64,000 nucleotides of DNA, taken from NCBI GenBank assembly GCA_963706595.1, contig OY970166.1, forward strand, positions 2,336,001-2,400,000. The letters run 5' to 3'. The position numbers and the translations under genes were made by a program. Below, piece after piece: positions 61,453-64,000 of this stretch (its first letter is position 1; the number at the start of each line of letters is the position of its first letter). The notes beneath the pieces are model-generated. The model worked only from the letters and a program-made list of their open reading frames with translations. It was not told the origin of the DNA and ran no database searches. The stretch comes from an uncultured cyanobacterium. GTDB lineage: Bacteria; Cyanobacteriota; Cyanobacteriia; Cyanobacteriales; Nostocaceae.

Positions 61453-62030
61453 GATAAAGTAACGCATTTTCCCTTGTCTGAAATATCACTTTGTCTTTAT
61501 CCCAAAATGCGAAAAAAGGTGTTAGTTGGTGCAATAGCCCAAATGTTGCAGCAAATTATTTGTGAGGTTTGCTCTAGAATTCATAGATGGCGACTTGTAG
61601 CTATGAAATTATGTCAGACCATTTGCATCTAGTTTCTAGAATGCATATAGCTTCTGAGCAGATTGACCCATCAAGCATTCATCAAATGGCATTAAAGACA
61701 GAGCATCACATCACTTAAGAAAAGAGGGTTATAGTTACGGCTGAAATTTTATGCGGAGAATGGGGATAAATTTCTTTACCTGGGCATTTGGTCAGCTTGA
61801 AAAGACATAAGTACAGTAATTATGTCTAAAAATTATGCCTGAGAGGAGTTGATTTTTTTAGATAAGTTATTAACAATAAAGATAACCTCTAACAAGTTGT
61901 AGTCCATCTTGTTAAGAACCTAACCTTATCCAATTTTTCAAGTCCGCACCTGCGGACTTTATTTATTTGTTCGCAATGCTAGAGTTTGGCATCAGAAATT
62001 ATATCGAATTGCGATAATTTAGCTAATTGA

Positions 62031-63383
62031 TTAGAGAAATTCGGCACGAAACTGATTAACAACCCGATCTAGTCCCACGGAATGAGCAGCTTTGAATAAA
62101 ATGCGATCGCCTGTTTGCACAAATGTCTTTAATCGAGCTACCAAATCAGCATGAGTGGTAAAGCATTCTGATGGGATACCCTCTGCACTTTGAGCGATCG
62201 CTTCTGCATCTGTGCCATCCACTAAAACCAGCAAACCGTCTAATTGCAACCTCTGCACCGTTTCACCGACTCTTTGGTGCAATTGCAGCGATCGCTCTCC
62301 CAATTCTTTCATTGCACCTAATACCGCAATTTTGCGTTTTCCTGGTGTATCTGCCAATAATTGCAAAGCTGCTTCCATAGCTTCTGGTGCAGCATTATAA
62401 GTCTCATCTAAGAGAATAATATCATGAGGCAGGCTAAACTGTTGCGATCGCCCCGTAGGCATATTCACTTTCACACCATTTTGCAGCCTTGACCAGTGGA
62501 TTCCCAAAACCTGCGCCACAGCTAAAGCTGCTAAAAAATTACTGGCATTGTGACGACCAGGTAAAGGTAAAGGTAGCTGCATTCCCCCAACTTTGATCGT
62601 TTCGTTATCGATCAGCACTCCTTGGATATCGCCAGCAGACAAGCCATAACTCACAACTTCCCCAGACCAAACTTGCTGCGCTGTAGCCATTAACAGAGGA
62701 TTGTCATGATTGAGAATAGCTACACCATCTGCAGGCATTTCGGCTAATAATTCACATTTAGCCGAGCGATCGCTTCTTCAGAACCCAATAACTCAATATG
62801 TGCGGTTCCCACATTGGTAATCACCCCAATATTCGGAAGGGCTATTTGCGTCAGTTCAGCGATTTGTCCCTCACCCCGCATGGCCATTTCCACCACAGCA
62901 TAGTCATGTTCTGTACCCAGTTCTAACAAAGTTTTGGGAACGCCGATTTCGTTATTAAAATTGCCAAAAGTTTTGTGAACTCGTCCCTCAGTTGCTAATA
63001 CTGCGGCGATGAGTTCCTTAGTTGTGGTTTTACCTACAGAACCCGTCACCCCAATTACTGGAATATTCAAGCGATCGCGCCACCATCTGCGCCAGTTGCT
63101 GATATGCTGCTAAAGTGTTGTTAACTTGCAATACAGGTAAACCCGGATTTTCATAATCACCATCTACAATAGCCGCTATTGCACCTTGAGCGATCGCATG
63201 GGAAACGAAATCGTGTCCATCAAAATTTTCCCCTCGTAAAGCCAAAAATACTTCCCCAGGTTTGATCATCCGGGTATCTGTTTGGATACTGCTGCTGACT
63301 TGTGTTAAAGCAGCTTCAGATAAATTGATAGGTTGGGCGCACAGAACTGACAACAATTGGGAGATGCTAACAGACCAAGGCAT
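62031..63383 (-). CDS. murF: UDP-N-acetylmuramoyl-tripeptide--D-Ala-D-Ala ligase (two apparent frameshifts)
   Basis: Three consecutive ORFs: DTR..GEVFLALRGENFDGHDF; GVTGSVGKTTTKE, NFNNEIGVP, TNVGTAH; DETYNA, LGAMKELG. Confidence 0.93.
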
Positions 63384-63735
63384 AATTATGAACTTATTTT
63401 CAAAGTTAAATTAGCGAAACCCAAAGTATACAAATTTTCTGGTGCTTAGTCCCATCATTTCTGGGAGAAAAAATATATATAGCCACCCCATAGTCAACCG
63501 AAGCCCAAACTTCTCTATTATTGAGAAGAATGTGATATAATATTTTTACTGGAGAAAAGCCATATGAGTCCGACACGCCAACCCTGCGACCAACTAAACT
63601 AAACCGTTTAGTCTAGAACGAATAAAAATCTCTAATTCCTGCCTCCTCCAAACCACCCCCCAAGGCGTTTAGGACATAACAAAATTCCAAAGCCCAATCA
63701 CAGCAAGCATTTCAATTTTGACTTTTGCTCTGACT

Positions 63736-63773
63736 CCCCTCCTCGCTTGCGGGGAGGGGTTGGGGGTGGGGTT
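63736..63773. repeat. GC-rich hairpin dispersed repeat
   Basis: CCCCTCCTCGCTTGCGGGGAGGGGTTGGGGGTGGGG; also at ~2058, 4858, ~33903 (inverted), 40722 and a variant at ~22875. Confidence 0.85.
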
Positions 63774-63776
63774 CTT

Positions 63777-64000
63777 CTATTTACTTTCCACAAAATCGGC
63801 ATCAATTACATCTTCACCTGTAGTGCGATCGCCTTCGCCTGTCCCTCTACCATCACCACCAGCTTGAGCATAAATAGCACTACCAACTTGCATCAAAGCT
63901 TGCTGTAACTCATTAGTCAGAGACTTCATGCGATCAAAATTATCTTGATTAATCGCCTCCCGTAAATCCTGTACTAACCCTTCAACTCGGCTGCGATCCT
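63777..64000 (-). CDS. dnaK: Molecular chaperone DnaK, 3' end (5' part outside window)
   Basis: Manual translation ...DLREAINQDNFDRMKSLTNELQQALMQVGSAIYAQAGG...EDVIDADFVESK*. Confidence 0.85.
   Translation of the reverse strand, partial: DRSRVEGLVQDLREAINQDNFDRMKSLTNELQQALMQVGSAIYAQAGGDGRGTGEGDRTTGEDVIDADFVESK

Noticed and set aside
39540..62030. A single integrative conjugative element spanning the iron, exosortase and T4SS genes
   Set aside because: No integrase, relaxase, coupling protein, tRNA target or convincing att direct repeats seen; the modules appear to differ in composition.

Overview
Chromosomal segment of a cyanobacterium, probably a filamentous Nostocales (frequent HIP1 GCGATCGC octamers, psbA, heptamer tandem repeats, many small dispersed repeats). 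A housekeeping backbone (yebC, ftsE, queG, psbA, recR, gyrA, lnt, murF, 3' end of dnaK) carries several accessory modules: (1) a BanI/HgiCI-like type II restriction-modification pair; (2) a three-gene cassette of a TPR-CHAT caspase-like protease, a small helical protein and a coiled-coil protein with two C-terminal TM helices; (3) an AraC/TonB-dependent siderophore uptake cluster with Fur-like boxes; (4) a cyanoexosortase C / PTPA-CTERM protein-sorting cassette; (5) a nine-gene cyanobacterial-type (MPF_C) type IV secretion cluster with no coupling protein, relaxase or integrase visible. The best candidates for an undescribed system are the CHAT cassette and the relaxase-less chromosomal T4SS. 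Smaller observations: a probable ACG start codon for recR, an unannotated 45-aa membrane peptide, a TnpB relic, nested MITE/REP elements (one supplies the lnt start codon) and single-base frameshifts in gyrA and murF that are probably sequencing errors. All family assignments come from motif recognition by eye; no searches were run.
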